From a virus, in IMG/VR virus record IMGVR_UViG_3300027788_001769, positions 72,769 through 136,768 of that record: a stretch of 64,000 nucleotides of DNA; one strand, 5' to 3'. Below the pieces are notes generated by a model, which saw nothing but the letters and a program-made list of their open reading frames with translations, did no database searches and was not told where the DNA came from. Within the stretch, counting starts at the first letter, position 1. The number at the start of each line of letters is the position of its first letter. This document shows, piece by piece, positions 11,111 to 20,181 of the stretch. A program made the translations under genes and the position numbers.

Positions 11111-12124
11111 ATGAAAATTTTATTAACTGGAAGCCAAGGATTTATTGGCAGTTACATATGTAACGAATTATTAAAAGAGGGACATCAAGTTGTTGGTGTT
11201 GATAATTACTCTAAATATGGTCACGTGGTAAGACCACATGATAACCATAAGAACTTTAAATTATATGAAGTAGATGTTTTAAGTGATGAGTTTAATTCTG
11301 TGGTGGATGAAGAAAAACCAAACCAGATTATTGCTGGGGCAGCTATGATTGGTGGAATTTCGTATTTCCATAAATTCGCTTATGATTTATTAGCTACGAA
11401 TGAAAGGATATTAGCTCAAACATTTGATGCGGCAATTAAAGGTCATCAGGCCGGTTGGTTAGATAGGATAGTGGTACTTTCAAGTTCTATGGTGTTTGAG
11501 GAGACTACGGTTTACCCAACACCTGAAGATGAAGTAACTAAGTGCCCACCGCCATCATCAACTTACGGATTCCAAAAATTAGCAGTGGAGTACTTCGCTA
11601 AAGGAGCTAATGAACAGTATGATTTACCTTACACAATAATACGACCTTTTAATTGTGTTGGTGTTGGTGAGGAGGACTCAATTACTGAACATGCAGTAAC
11701 AAGTGGAAACATAAAACTTATGATGTCACACGTTTTACCTGATTTAATCAATAAAATATTAAAAGGACAAGACCCTTTACACGTTTTAGGGTGTGGTGAC
11801 CAGGTTAGGTGTTACACTAATGGTAAAGATTTAGCTAGAGGAATTAGAATGGCTATGGAATCAGAAAAAGCTATAAATAATGATTTTAACATATCAACCT
11901 CACAAGCTACCAGTGTTCTAGAGTTGGCAGAAGTAATATGGGGAATTCTAAAACCAGACACCAAATTTAACTATACCTGTGAAACTGGTTATAAATATGA
12001 CGTACAAAAAAGAGTACCAAATACAGATAAAGCAAAAGAAATTTTAGGTTTTGAAGCTACAATAGGTTTAGAAGAATCTGTTAGAGAAGTTGTTGAATAT
12101 ATGGTAAAAAAAGAGCACGCATAG
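11111..12124 (+). CDS. NAD-dependent sugar epimerase/dehydratase/decarboxylase (extended SDR)
   Basis: TGSQGFIG, SSSMVF, YGFQK, IRPFN. Confidence 0.85.
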   Translation: MKILLTGSQGFIGSYICNELLKEGHQVVGVDNYSKYGHVVRPHDNHKNFKLYEVDVLSDEFNSVVDEEKPNQIIAGAAMIGGISYFHKFAYDLLATNERILAQTFDAAIKGHQAGWLDRIVVLSSSMVFEETTVYPTPEDEVTKCPPPSSTYGFQKLAVEYFAKGANEQYDLPYTIIRPFNCVGVGEEDSITEHAVTSGNIKLMMSHVLPDLINKILKGQDPLHVLGCGDQVRCYTNGKDLARGIRMAMESEKAINNDFNISTSQATSVLELAEVIWGILKPDTKFNYTCETGYKYDVQKRVPNTDKAKEILGFEATIGLEESVREVVEYMVKKEHA

Positions 12125-12125
12125 A

Positions 12126-12902
12126 ATGATTAAAGATTTCACACTTATATGGTCCTTTAGAAATAGATATGAACTTTTAGAACGTTCAATACTAACTGCT
12201 CATCAAACATGCCCTAAATGGGTTAACTTTTGTTTAGTAGATGCAGATTCATCAGAAGATACTATTAAGTCTCTTAGAACCTTTTTAAATACCTTAGAAG
12301 GGAGAAAAATTAGAGTGTGTGAGTCTTCATATAGAAGTAGTTTAGCTGAAGCTTGGAATTTAGGTATGATGTTGGCATCTACACGATATGTGATTTTTGC
12401 TAGTTCAGACATAGAGTTTTTAAAAGAGGAATGGTTTAGTGAGCTTTACAGTAATATTGGTGAGGGAATGGAGTATGTTATGTTAGAAAATCATTCGGTT
12501 TTTGCGTTAGATAAAAATGTGATTCCAAAAATGGGTTGGTTTGATGAAGGTTTTAAAATAGGTCCACATTTCGATACAGATTTTATGGTACGTGGTTCCG
12601 AACATGGTGTAAAAATGAGGGTACTCTACCCAAAGGAAATTCTTTATAGTCATAACGCTTCTGATGATGAATCCACTAAGTCACATCAAGACATTGACGT
12701 GAAAGAAAGACAAAAAATGGACTTACCAGATAGACTACCTATGAATGACCCCTTTAATGAAAATTATTTTAAAGAAAAATGGATGTCAGCCTGGAATGGT
12801 TGGTCTGAGGGTGTACACCCACCTAACCACATCAATCAAGCAAAAAGAATGATAGAAGAAAAAGACCCTCATCCACTATACTCCAAAAAGTACATTTACT
12901 AA
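12126..12902 (+). CDS. GT2-family glycosyltransferase
   Basis: SFRNR, LVDADS, AWNLG, SSDI, GWFDEGF...DTDF. Confidence 0.75.
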   Translation: MIKDFTLIWSFRNRYELLERSILTAHQTCPKWVNFCLVDADSSEDTIKSLRTFLNTLEGRKIRVCESSYRSSLAEAWNLGMMLASTRYVIFASSDIEFLKEEWFSELYSNIGEGMEYVMLENHSVFALDKNVIPKMGWFDEGFKIGPHFDTDFMVRGSEHGVKMRVLYPKEILYSHNASDDESTKSHQDIDVKERQKMDLPDRLPMNDPFNENYFKEKWMSAWNGWSEGVHPPNHINQAKRMIEEKDPHPLYSKKYIY

Positions 12903-12936
12903 CTTATAAAAATTAGATATTATTAAAAAAAAAGAT

Positions 12937-13293
12937 ATGATAGGAACAGAACTAGACAAATACATTCAACAAAAAGTAAAAGAAGTTTTGGACAATAATA
13001 AATTTCCAGAATATGATGATATCCATAGTGATACTTTTTCAGAATTAATAGACAAATTAACAATAGTCCATATCAGATTATGGTACTTAGAAGACGCGAC
13101 TAATGAAGAAACAGACCCAAATAAGGTAGCAGAATTAAAAAGAAAGGCGGACATTACTTTTAAAGAAAAACGTCCTATGCTAGTAAAGTCATTAGATAAA
13201 ATGATTGTAAATTTATGTAATGGCAAATTTAACCCAACAGTAGAAAATCCTAAATTATATAAAGGATATAAAGAAGAAAATGAAACTAAGTAA
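12937..13293 (+). CDS. Small helical DUF4254-like protein
   Basis: TFSELIDKLTIVHIRLWYLED...KR...LD motif. Confidence 0.5.
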   Translation: MIGTELDKYIQQKVKEVLDNNKFPEYDDIHSDTFSELIDKLTIVHIRLWYLEDATNEETDPNKVAELKRKADITFKEKRPMLVKSLDKMIVNLCNGKFNPTVENPKLYKGYKEENETK

Positions 13294-14251
13294 AGATTCA
13301 AAAATATATGTCGCTGGACATAGTGGTTTTTTGGGTAGTAGATTATACAAGAAATTAATCACTGATGGATACACTAAAGTTTATGCTTTTGATAGAAATG
13401 AACTAGACCTTACAAGTCAGGCTGACACTTTAAATCTATTTAAAGAACATGGTTTTGATTTTCTTTTTATTTGTGCCGCTAAATGTGGTGGCCTACAAGC
13501 CAATTTAGATGACCCATACGGTCACTTAATGGATAATTTAGAAATACAAAATAGTTTAATAGAAGCATCCATTAAAACAAAAGTTAAAAAAGTTTTATTT
13601 ATAGGTTCAAACTGTATTTATCCAAAAAATGCTGAACAACCATTTAAAGAAGAGTGTATGCTAGAGTCACCAGTGGAACCTACAAACGAAGGGTATTCCT
13701 TAGCTAAAATCGCTGGTTTAAAATTATGTGAATATGCTAATAGACTATACGGTAAAAACCACAATAAAGACTTACATTTAACTAGATTTATTTCTTTAAT
13801 ACCTTGTAACATTTATGGGCCACAGGATGATTTTGATTTACATAATTCACATGTTATGGCTGCACTAGTTAGAAAATTTGTAGAAGCAACAGAACTAAAC
13901 TCAAGTAAAGTAGAATTATGGGGTAATGGAAATACTAGAAGAGAATTTTTGTATGTTGACGATTTAGTAGATTCTATGATTTGGTCTATGTCTAATTTAG
14001 AGTACACTGAAAAGTTTTTAAACGTTGGGTCTGGAATTGATGTGGACATTTTAACATTATCTAATATTATTAAAGATGTGTGTGGGTTTAAGGGTGAAAT
14101 AGAGTGTGACCTTTCTAAACCCATGGGAATGGAAAGAAAATGTTTAGATGTGACAAAAATAAACCATCTTGGTTGGTCTACAAAAACTGACCTAAGACAA
14201 GGAATTAAAAATACTGTAGAGTATTATAAAACAATTAGTAGTAAGTTATGA
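13280..14251 (+). CDS. fcl: GDP-L-fucose / GDP-colitose synthase (Fcl/ColC family)
   Basis: IYVAGHSGFLG, AAKCGG, GSNCIYPK, EPTNEGYSLAKIAG, PCNIYGP, SHV, WGNG..RREFLYVDD. Confidence 0.9.
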   Translation: MKLSKDSKIYVAGHSGFLGSRLYKKLITDGYTKVYAFDRNELDLTSQADTLNLFKEHGFDFLFICAAKCGGLQANLDDPYGHLMDNLEIQNSLIEASIKTKVKKVLFIGSNCIYPKNAEQPFKEECMLESPVEPTNEGYSLAKIAGLKLCEYANRLYGKNHNKDLHLTRFISLIPCNIYGPQDDFDLHNSHVMAALVRKFVEATELNSSKVELWGNGNTRREFLYVDDLVDSMIWSMSNLEYTEKFLNVGSGIDVDILTLSNIIKDVCGFKGEIECDLSKPMGMERKCLDVTKINHLGWSTKTDLRQGIKNTVEYYKTISSKL

Positions 14252-14598
14252 AAATAAGTGATAATATAGAAAATACCATTTTAAATTCTATAGATAACTA
14301 TGACCAAAGTTATACCTTAGGTAACCCTTTTGAGGAGTTAATGTCTATGGGTGAATTAGTCGATAGGTTGTCTATTGTTAATTTTAAATTGTATAAATTA
14401 AAAGATGAAGTTATGTTACGACCTTCTGATGAAGAGTTTAAATCTTGGGCATCAGTAGAAGACGTTAAATTAGTTAGAGAAAGAGCTAGATTAAAAAAAT
14501 GTATAGATGAAAAAGTAATCTCTATGTTTACAAGATATAAAAGTGGGGATGTCAGTGCTGGTTTTAACCCAGAAGTAAAAAAATATGGAAATGAATAA
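14248..14598 (+). CDS. Small helical DUF4254-like protein, paralogue of 12937..13293
   Basis: SMGELVDRLSIVNFKLYKLKD...ER..LK..ID...K.YG. Confidence 0.5.
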   Translation: MKISDNIENTILNSIDNYDQSYTLGNPFEELMSMGELVDRLSIVNFKLYKLKDEVMLRPSDEEFKSWASVEDVKLVRERARLKKCIDEKVISMFTRYKSGDVSAGFNPEVKKYGNE

Positions 14599-15547
14599 AA
14601 AAGTATTAGTTGTAGGTGGTGCAGGTTATATAGGTGGGTTGACTAGTGATACATTAATTAGAAATGGTCACGATGTAACCATATACGATAATTTATTATA
14701 TGAAAATAGATACCTAAAAGACATTAAATTTATACATGGTGATATAAGAGACTATAAAAAATTAACTAAGGTATCAGAGGATTTTGATGTCATTGTTTTA
14801 ATGGCGGCTTTGGTTGGTGACCCAGCCTGTAGTGTAGACCAAGAATTAACAGAAGTCATAAACTACAAATCAATTAAAAAAGCATGTGAAAGTATTCCCT
14901 TAGATAAACACGTTGTGTTTATGTCCACATGTTCGGTATATGGAGCACAAGATGGTATTTTAGATGAAAGTAGTGAAACAAACCCACTATCTTCTTATGC
15001 TAGCACAAAATTAAAGTCTGAAAAATACGTAACCAAAAGAGGTGGGACTATCTTTAGATTAGGCACTGTTTTTGGTTTAGGTGACACTTACAGTAGGTTA
15101 AGAATGGATTTGGTAGTTAATGTGTTAACTATGAAAGCCTTAAAATACGGAAAAATAAATATTAACGGTGGTGAACAGTGGAGACCAATTATTTCAGTTA
15201 TTGACATAGCTGAATATATAACTGAAGCATGTGAAAAAGAGTACGATGGAATCTATGTTTTATCCAAAGAAAACGTTATTATAAAACAGTTAGGGGAACG
15301 AGTAGCTAAATTAATACCTAACACAGAAATAAATTATAGTAAAATATCTTTTCAAGATGCTAGAAACTATAAAGTAGATAATAGTAAATCACTTAGTACC
15401 TTCACTTACCAACCAAGGATAACTGTTGAGGACGAAGTGGGACGAATGGTTAAGATGTTTGAGGAGTCTAGGATAAAAGACCCTGAAGACTTAGTTTACC
15501 ATAATGGTGGTTACTTAACTGAATTAAGAAAAACAAAAACTTTTTAA
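14585..15547 (+). CDS. NAD-dependent sugar epimerase/dehydratase
   Basis: GGAGYIG, AALVGDPAC, STCSVYG, YASTK, RLGTVFG, RMDLVVN. Confidence 0.85.
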   Translation: MEMNKKVLVVGGAGYIGGLTSDTLIRNGHDVTIYDNLLYENRYLKDIKFIHGDIRDYKKLTKVSEDFDVIVLMAALVGDPACSVDQELTEVINYKSIKKACESIPLDKHVVFMSTCSVYGAQDGILDESSETNPLSSYASTKLKSEKYVTKRGGTIFRLGTVFGLGDTYSRLRMDLVVNVLTMKALKYGKININGGEQWRPIISVIDIAEYITEACEKEYDGIYVLSKENVIIKQLGERVAKLIPNTEINYSKISFQDARNYKVDNSKSLSTFTYQPRITVEDEVGRMVKMFEESRIKDPEDLVYHNGGYLTELRKTKTF

Positions 15548-15967
15548 ATGAAAGATTCAAAAATAATAGGTGGTGGTGTAGTTGTTGACGATAGGGGTTC
15601 TGTATCCTTTGTAAACGAGTTTGACTTTGGTGGGGTTAAAAGATTCTATCAAGTGGAAAATCACAGAAGTGGTTTTATTAGAGCATGGCATGGACATAAA
15701 CATGAAGGAAAATATGTTTACGTGACCCAAGGTAGTGCATTAGTAGGTGTAGTAAATATGGATACCGAAAAAATAGAAAAATTTGTGTTGAGTTCTAAAA
15801 CACCTAAGATTCTATGGATTCCACCTGGACACGCTAATGGATTTAAAAATCTTGAAAAGGACACTAAAATTATTTTCTATTCTACCTCTACTCTTGAAGA
15901 AAGTATGGGTGACGATATAAGGTTTGAATATGATAAATGGAATATTTGGGATGAAGAATATAGATAA
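15548..15967 (+). CDS. Cupin sugar 3,5-epimerase/isomerase (RmlC/FdtA-like)
   Basis: DDRG, IRAWHGH, LWIPPGHANGF. Confidence 0.8.
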   Translation: MKDSKIIGGGVVVDDRGSVSFVNEFDFGGVKRFYQVENHRSGFIRAWHGHKHEGKYVYVTQGSALVGVVNMDTEKIEKFVLSSKTPKILWIPPGHANGFKNLEKDTKIIFYSTSTLEESMGDDIRFEYDKWNIWDEEYR

Positions 15968-15968
15968 A

Positions 15969-16772
15969 ATGAAAGTATTTGTTTTGGGCTCTTCTGGAAT
16001 GTTAGGTAGATATGTCTCAAAGTACCTATCTAACTATTATAACGTTATTAATGTTGGTAGGAATGAATTAGACGCTTCTGACATGTGTGGACTATCTTTT
16101 TCTACTTTTTTTAAGAATGTATCTGAAGGTGATGTCCTAATAAATTGTATGGGTACCATAAAACCCAGAGTAGACGAATTAGGGATTCAAAACGCTTTAA
16201 CAGTTAACTCCCTATTTCCACATAAATTAGCTGATAGTTGTGAACAATATGGGGTAAGAATGATACACCCAACAACAGACTGTGTTTTTACTGGGGATAA
16301 AGGTGGATACACTGAAGATGATGAACATGATATTACAGACATATATGGTAGAACTAAATCGTTAGGTGAACCTAACAATTGTACTTTAATTAGAACTTCT
16401 ATAATAGGTGAGGAAATATCCACCTCTAGGTCTCTGGTTGAGTGGGTAAAATCTGAAAAAGGTAATCACATATTTGGATATACTAACCATTACTGGAACG
16501 GCATTACTTGTTTACAATTTGCTAAAATTTGTACCGAAATGATTAGTAATGATTTATTTTGGACCGGTTGCAGACACATATTCTCCCCAACACCATTTAC
16601 CAAAAAAGAATTAGTAGAGACTATAAGTAAACACTACGAACTAAACATAAAAGTAACAGCTAAAGATACTTATAAAAAATGTGACAGGACCCTATCAACA
16701 AAACTAGATATCGTTATTGAGGTACCTGAACTAGATAAACAAATAAGTGAAATGAAAAATTTTATATTATGA
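15969..16772 (+). CDS. RmlD-like NDP-4-keto-sugar reductase
   Basis: MKVFVLGSSGMLG, TTDCVFTG, YGRTKSLGE, RTSIIG; start likely 15969. Confidence 0.85.
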   Translation: MKVFVLGSSGMLGRYVSKYLSNYYNVINVGRNELDASDMCGLSFSTFFKNVSEGDVLINCMGTIKPRVDELGIQNALTVNSLFPHKLADSCEQYGVRMIHPTTDCVFTGDKGGYTEDDEHDITDIYGRTKSLGEPNNCTLIRTSIIGEEISTSRSLVEWVKSEKGNHIFGYTNHYWNGITCLQFAKICTEMISNDLFWTGCRHIFSPTPFTKKELVETISKHYELNIKVTAKDTYKKCDRTLSTKLDIVIEVPELDKQISEMKNFIL

Positions 16773-17434
16773 TGGCAAAAAACAATTTGGACAAGGCCGC
16801 ACCAAAAGGGGCAGTTAGATTTTCGATAACTTTATCGGAAGAACAAAAAAAAGCAAAAGCACAAATTTTAAATCACCCTTACAACTTTGTTGTTGGTAGG
16901 GCCGGTAGTGGTAAGACGCTACTAGCTGTTCAAGTTGCACTGGATATGTTTTTTAAGAAACAAATTAATAGTATTATTATTACTAGACCAACAATATCAA
17001 CTGAAGACAATGGTTTTTTACCTGGTTCTGAACGTGAAAAGATGGAACCGTGGTTAGTACCAATTAGAAGTAATATGAGAAAGGTTTATAATAAACCGGA
17101 CATATTAGAAAAAATGGAGAGTAGTGAGTCTATTGAATTGGTTTCATTGGCTCATTTTAGAGGTAGAACATTTGAGAATGCTGTTGTAATAGTTGACGAA
17201 TTTCAAAACCTAACAAAAGGGCAATTAGCTATGGCTATTGGTAGGTTGGGTAAAAATTCTACGTTAATATTTACCGGGGATTCATACCAGGTAGACCTAA
17301 AGGATAAAAATTATTCAGCTATCCACGATTTATCAAAAATACAAAACTCAGACTACGTATTTAAAGTGGTTTTAAATGATAGTCATAGGCATGAATCCAT
17401 AAAAGAATTATTAGAATTATTAAATGGATACTAA
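16769..17434 (+). CDS. phoH: PhoH-family ATPase
   Basis: GRAGSGKT, ITRP, GFLPG, RGRTF, VDEFQN, GD..QVDL. Confidence 0.92.
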   Translation: MMAKNNLDKAAPKGAVRFSITLSEEQKKAKAQILNHPYNFVVGRAGSGKTLLAVQVALDMFFKKQINSIIITRPTISTEDNGFLPGSEREKMEPWLVPIRSNMRKVYNKPDILEKMESSESIELVSLAHFRGRTFENAVVIVDEFQNLTKGQLAMAIGRLGKNSTLIFTGDSYQVDLKDKNYSAIHDLSKIQNSDYVFKVVLNDSHRHESIKELLELLNGY

Positions 17435-17999
17435 AAACATGAAAAGAATTTCTATAAGTATTACTGGTGTCTTAAGAGATATTACAAGTAAATTAATAAC
17501 TTTAAATAACAAATACAACGAAAGGGAGTTTGAAGGTGAGTTACCCGATTTAGACTTAGTTAAACATTTAGAGTTTGACTCTGAGGAAGATTTAATTAAT
17601 TTTATGTATGTGGAATGTCCCCTACAACTTTTTGGGTACTCTAACGAATTAGAGGAAGGGTCTTTCTACAATTTAAATGAGTTTTACAAAAAATTTAGAG
17701 ACGAATATGAGATTGTTTTAGTTTCTGAGGAAATAGAGAAATCCAAACCAGCTACTCTAGTTTTTCTAGCAAAACATGGTTCGTTAATTGACCGTATAGA
17801 ATTTTACCCCCTTAATAAATCTGATAAGGTTTGGGACAAAACGGATATATTTGTTACTAGTGAAGAATTAATATTAAATAAAAAACCAAGTGATAAGACT
17901 TCAATAAAATTCAAAAATAAGTATAATAAGGATATAAAAAGTGATTTTACAATAAAATCCATAAAGAATCTATCAAAATTAATAGATGAAAATAAATAG
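17424..17999 (+). CDS. Degenerate HAD-like (5'-nucleotidase-type) protein
   Basis: N-terminal RISISITGVLRD resembles IxIDIDGVLRD with both Asp lost; KPATLVFL and NKYNKD motifs. Confidence 0.5.
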   Translation: MDTKNMKRISISITGVLRDITSKLITLNNKYNEREFEGELPDLDLVKHLEFDSEEDLINFMYVECPLQLFGYSNELEEGSFYNLNEFYKKFRDEYEIVLVSEEIEKSKPATLVFLAKHGSLIDRIEFYPLNKSDKVWDKTDIFVTSEELILNKKPSDKTSIKFKNKYNKDIKSDFTIKSIKNLSKLIDENK

Positions 18000-18297
18000 A
18001 AAAGTATTTAATAATAGTTTAAAGAACTTACAATTAGATTGTGGTGGAGCAAAAATGACAGTAGATGTACAAGCATTTTTAAACTTAGTCACAATTAACG
18101 ATAAAGATGAGGAAAATAAATTTGAAATTAACGCTCCAAAATATGAGATATATAGACTTATGTTGGAGGTTGTTTTAAGCCACAGTGAAGAGATGGATAA
18201 CGCTATTAGTTATTTAGCTCTAGAAAAAAAGGGGTTTGATTTTAAATTAGCGTTTAATACCCTTATCGAAAATAATGTTTTAAAAGAAATAGAATAA
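17986..18297 (+). CDS. Hypothetical protein
   Basis: ORF overlapping or abutting its neighbours. Confidence 0.6.
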   Translation: MKINRKVFNNSLKNLQLDCGGAKMTVDVQAFLNLVTINDKDEENKFEINAPKYEIYRLMLEVVLSHSEEMDNAISYLALEKKGFDFKLAFNTLIENNVLKEIE

Positions 18298-18299
18298 AA

Positions 18300-19388
18300 A
18301 TGAAAGACGAAGAAAAAATTAAAAATTTAGAGGAATCTCTAAAATTAGTAAAATCCAAAAAAAGTAAAATTTACTTTTTAACACAGGACACACAAGGTGT
18401 TCCTAAAGCATCAGTTGCTGTCATTTATGAATACGTTAAGTTATTAAATGATGCTGGTTATGATGCGTCAATCCTACACGAAAAAGACAATTATAAATTT
18501 ACTGGAGATGAAAACAGTATGGGTCTTTCTGACTGGTTAGGTGAGGAGTACTCATCATTACCACATTCGTCTATCGAAAGCCAACAACTTAAGGTTGGGC
18601 CTTCTGATTTCCTAATTGTACCTGAGATGTATTCTCATGTTATGGAACAAACTGGTGAGATGTTTTGTACTAAAATAGTACTATGTCAATCTTATGATTA
18701 CATATTCGAAATGTTACAGCCTGGAGCAAGTTGGGTTAATTTTGGATTTAATAGAGTAATAACAACATCTAGAATTTCTGGTGAGTATATTAGAGGAATG
18801 TTCCCTGGAGCAGAAGTATCTATTATACCTAACGCTATTTCAGATAAATTTTCTAAGAGTGACTCTCTACAACCACCTGTTATGTTGATACATACTAGGG
18901 AACCTAGAGACACTATGAAAATTGTTAAATCTTTTTACACTAAGTACCCACAATTTAGATGGATAACATTTAGAGATATGAGAGGAATGTCTACGGATGA
19001 TTTTGCTAATAATATGAAAGAAGCCTGTGGAGCTGTATGGGTTGATGATATTTCTGGATTTGGTACTTTCCCACTAGAGTGTATGAAATCAGGTGTTCCA
19101 GTAATAGGTAAAATACCTAACTTAAAACCAGAATGGTTAGAAGAGGACAATGGTTTTTGGACTTACGATTTTAACTCTATGGTAGATGTTATTAACGCTT
19201 TTGTTAAAACTTGGTTGGAGGATTCAGTACCTGAAACTTTATATGAAAAAATGGATGAAACAGTAGCAAAATATGATAGCACAACTCAAAGCGAAATGTT
19301 ATTAGAGTATTTTGGTTCACTTTTCCAGGAAAAAGAAACTGACATATCAAATGCTTTGAATAAATTTACAGAAAAAGAAGAAAAATAA
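18300..19388 (+). CDS. GT-B fold glycosyltransferase-like protein
   Basis: DFLIVPE, VWVDDISGFGTFPLECMKSGVPVIG. Confidence 0.7.
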   Translation: MKDEEKIKNLEESLKLVKSKKSKIYFLTQDTQGVPKASVAVIYEYVKLLNDAGYDASILHEKDNYKFTGDENSMGLSDWLGEEYSSLPHSSIESQQLKVGPSDFLIVPEMYSHVMEQTGEMFCTKIVLCQSYDYIFEMLQPGASWVNFGFNRVITTSRISGEYIRGMFPGAEVSIIPNAISDKFSKSDSLQPPVMLIHTREPRDTMKIVKSFYTKYPQFRWITFRDMRGMSTDDFANNMKEACGAVWVDDISGFGTFPLECMKSGVPVIGKIPNLKPEWLEEDNGFWTYDFNSMVDVINAFVKTWLEDSVPETLYEKMDETVAKYDSTTQSEMLLEYFGSLFQEKETDISNALNKFTEKEEK

Positions 19389-19389
19389 A

Positions 19390-20181
19390 ATGAATACTAT
19401 TAGTACAATTATACCAATTAACGAAATGACCCCTCAATTAGAAGAGTATTTCGGTAAAGCTTTAGAAAGCATTAAAACACAAAAAGTTCCAGTAGATAAA
19501 ACTTACCTAGTACACACACCACAAGTAAAAGACTTTTTAGAAAATTACGACTTCGGTGGTCTAGAAGTTACTTTAGTAGAAAATACAGGAGACAGTCAAT
19601 TTACTTCACAAATTAATGTGGGTGTAGAAAGTATTACCACTGACTGGTTTACAATTCTAGAAATAGACGATGAATTTTCTAACATATGGATAGACAACTT
19701 TAAAAAATACGCTAAATCTTATGATGACGTGGAAGCATTTCTACCAATCGTAGTGGATGTTAATGAAGAAGGTGAATTTTTAAATTTCACTAACGAAGCT
19801 GTATGGGCAATGAATTTTAGTGATAAAATGGGTTACCTAGATAATGGATGCTTATTAAAATACCAAAATTTCCAAACAAGTGGTATCGCATTTAAAAAAT
19901 CCTCTTTTGAAGAAGTGGGTGGATTTAAACCATCTATGAAATTAACATTTGTTTATGAGTTCTTACTAAGAGCTACGTATAACGATAAAAAAATTATGAC
20001 GATACCTAGAGTAGGTTATAAACACACAAACATGAGAGAAAACTCACTTTTTTGGAACTACCGAAACCTTGAACAGGAAATAGTAGTACCTGATGAAGCT
20101 AAGTTTTGGATTGATGCGGCTAAGAAAGAATATTTTTTCACTACCGATAGAGGTATAAAATACGAGCCAAGTACTGACTAG
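19390..20181 (+). CDS. GT2-like glycosyltransferase
   Basis: TIIP, ALESIKTQ, ILEIDD, VGGFKP, EFLLR, GYKH. Confidence 0.7.
   Translation: MNTISTIIPINEMTPQLEEYFGKALESIKTQKVPVDKTYLVHTPQVKDFLENYDFGGLEVTLVENTGDSQFTSQINVGVESITTDWFTILEIDDEFSNIWIDNFKKYAKSYDDVEAFLPIVVDVNEEGEFLNFTNEAVWAMNFSDKMGYLDNGCLLKYQNFQTSGIAFKKSSFEEVGGFKPSMKLTFVYEFLLRATYNDKKIMTIPRVGYKHTNMRENSLFWNYRNLEQEIVVPDEAKFWIDAAKKEYFFTTDRGIKYEPSTD

Noticed and set aside
1-20181. Bacterial O-antigen/capsule locus (host chromosome)
   Set aside because: Runs without a break into phage sigma and baseplate genes, has the same composition, and lacks export or polymerase genes
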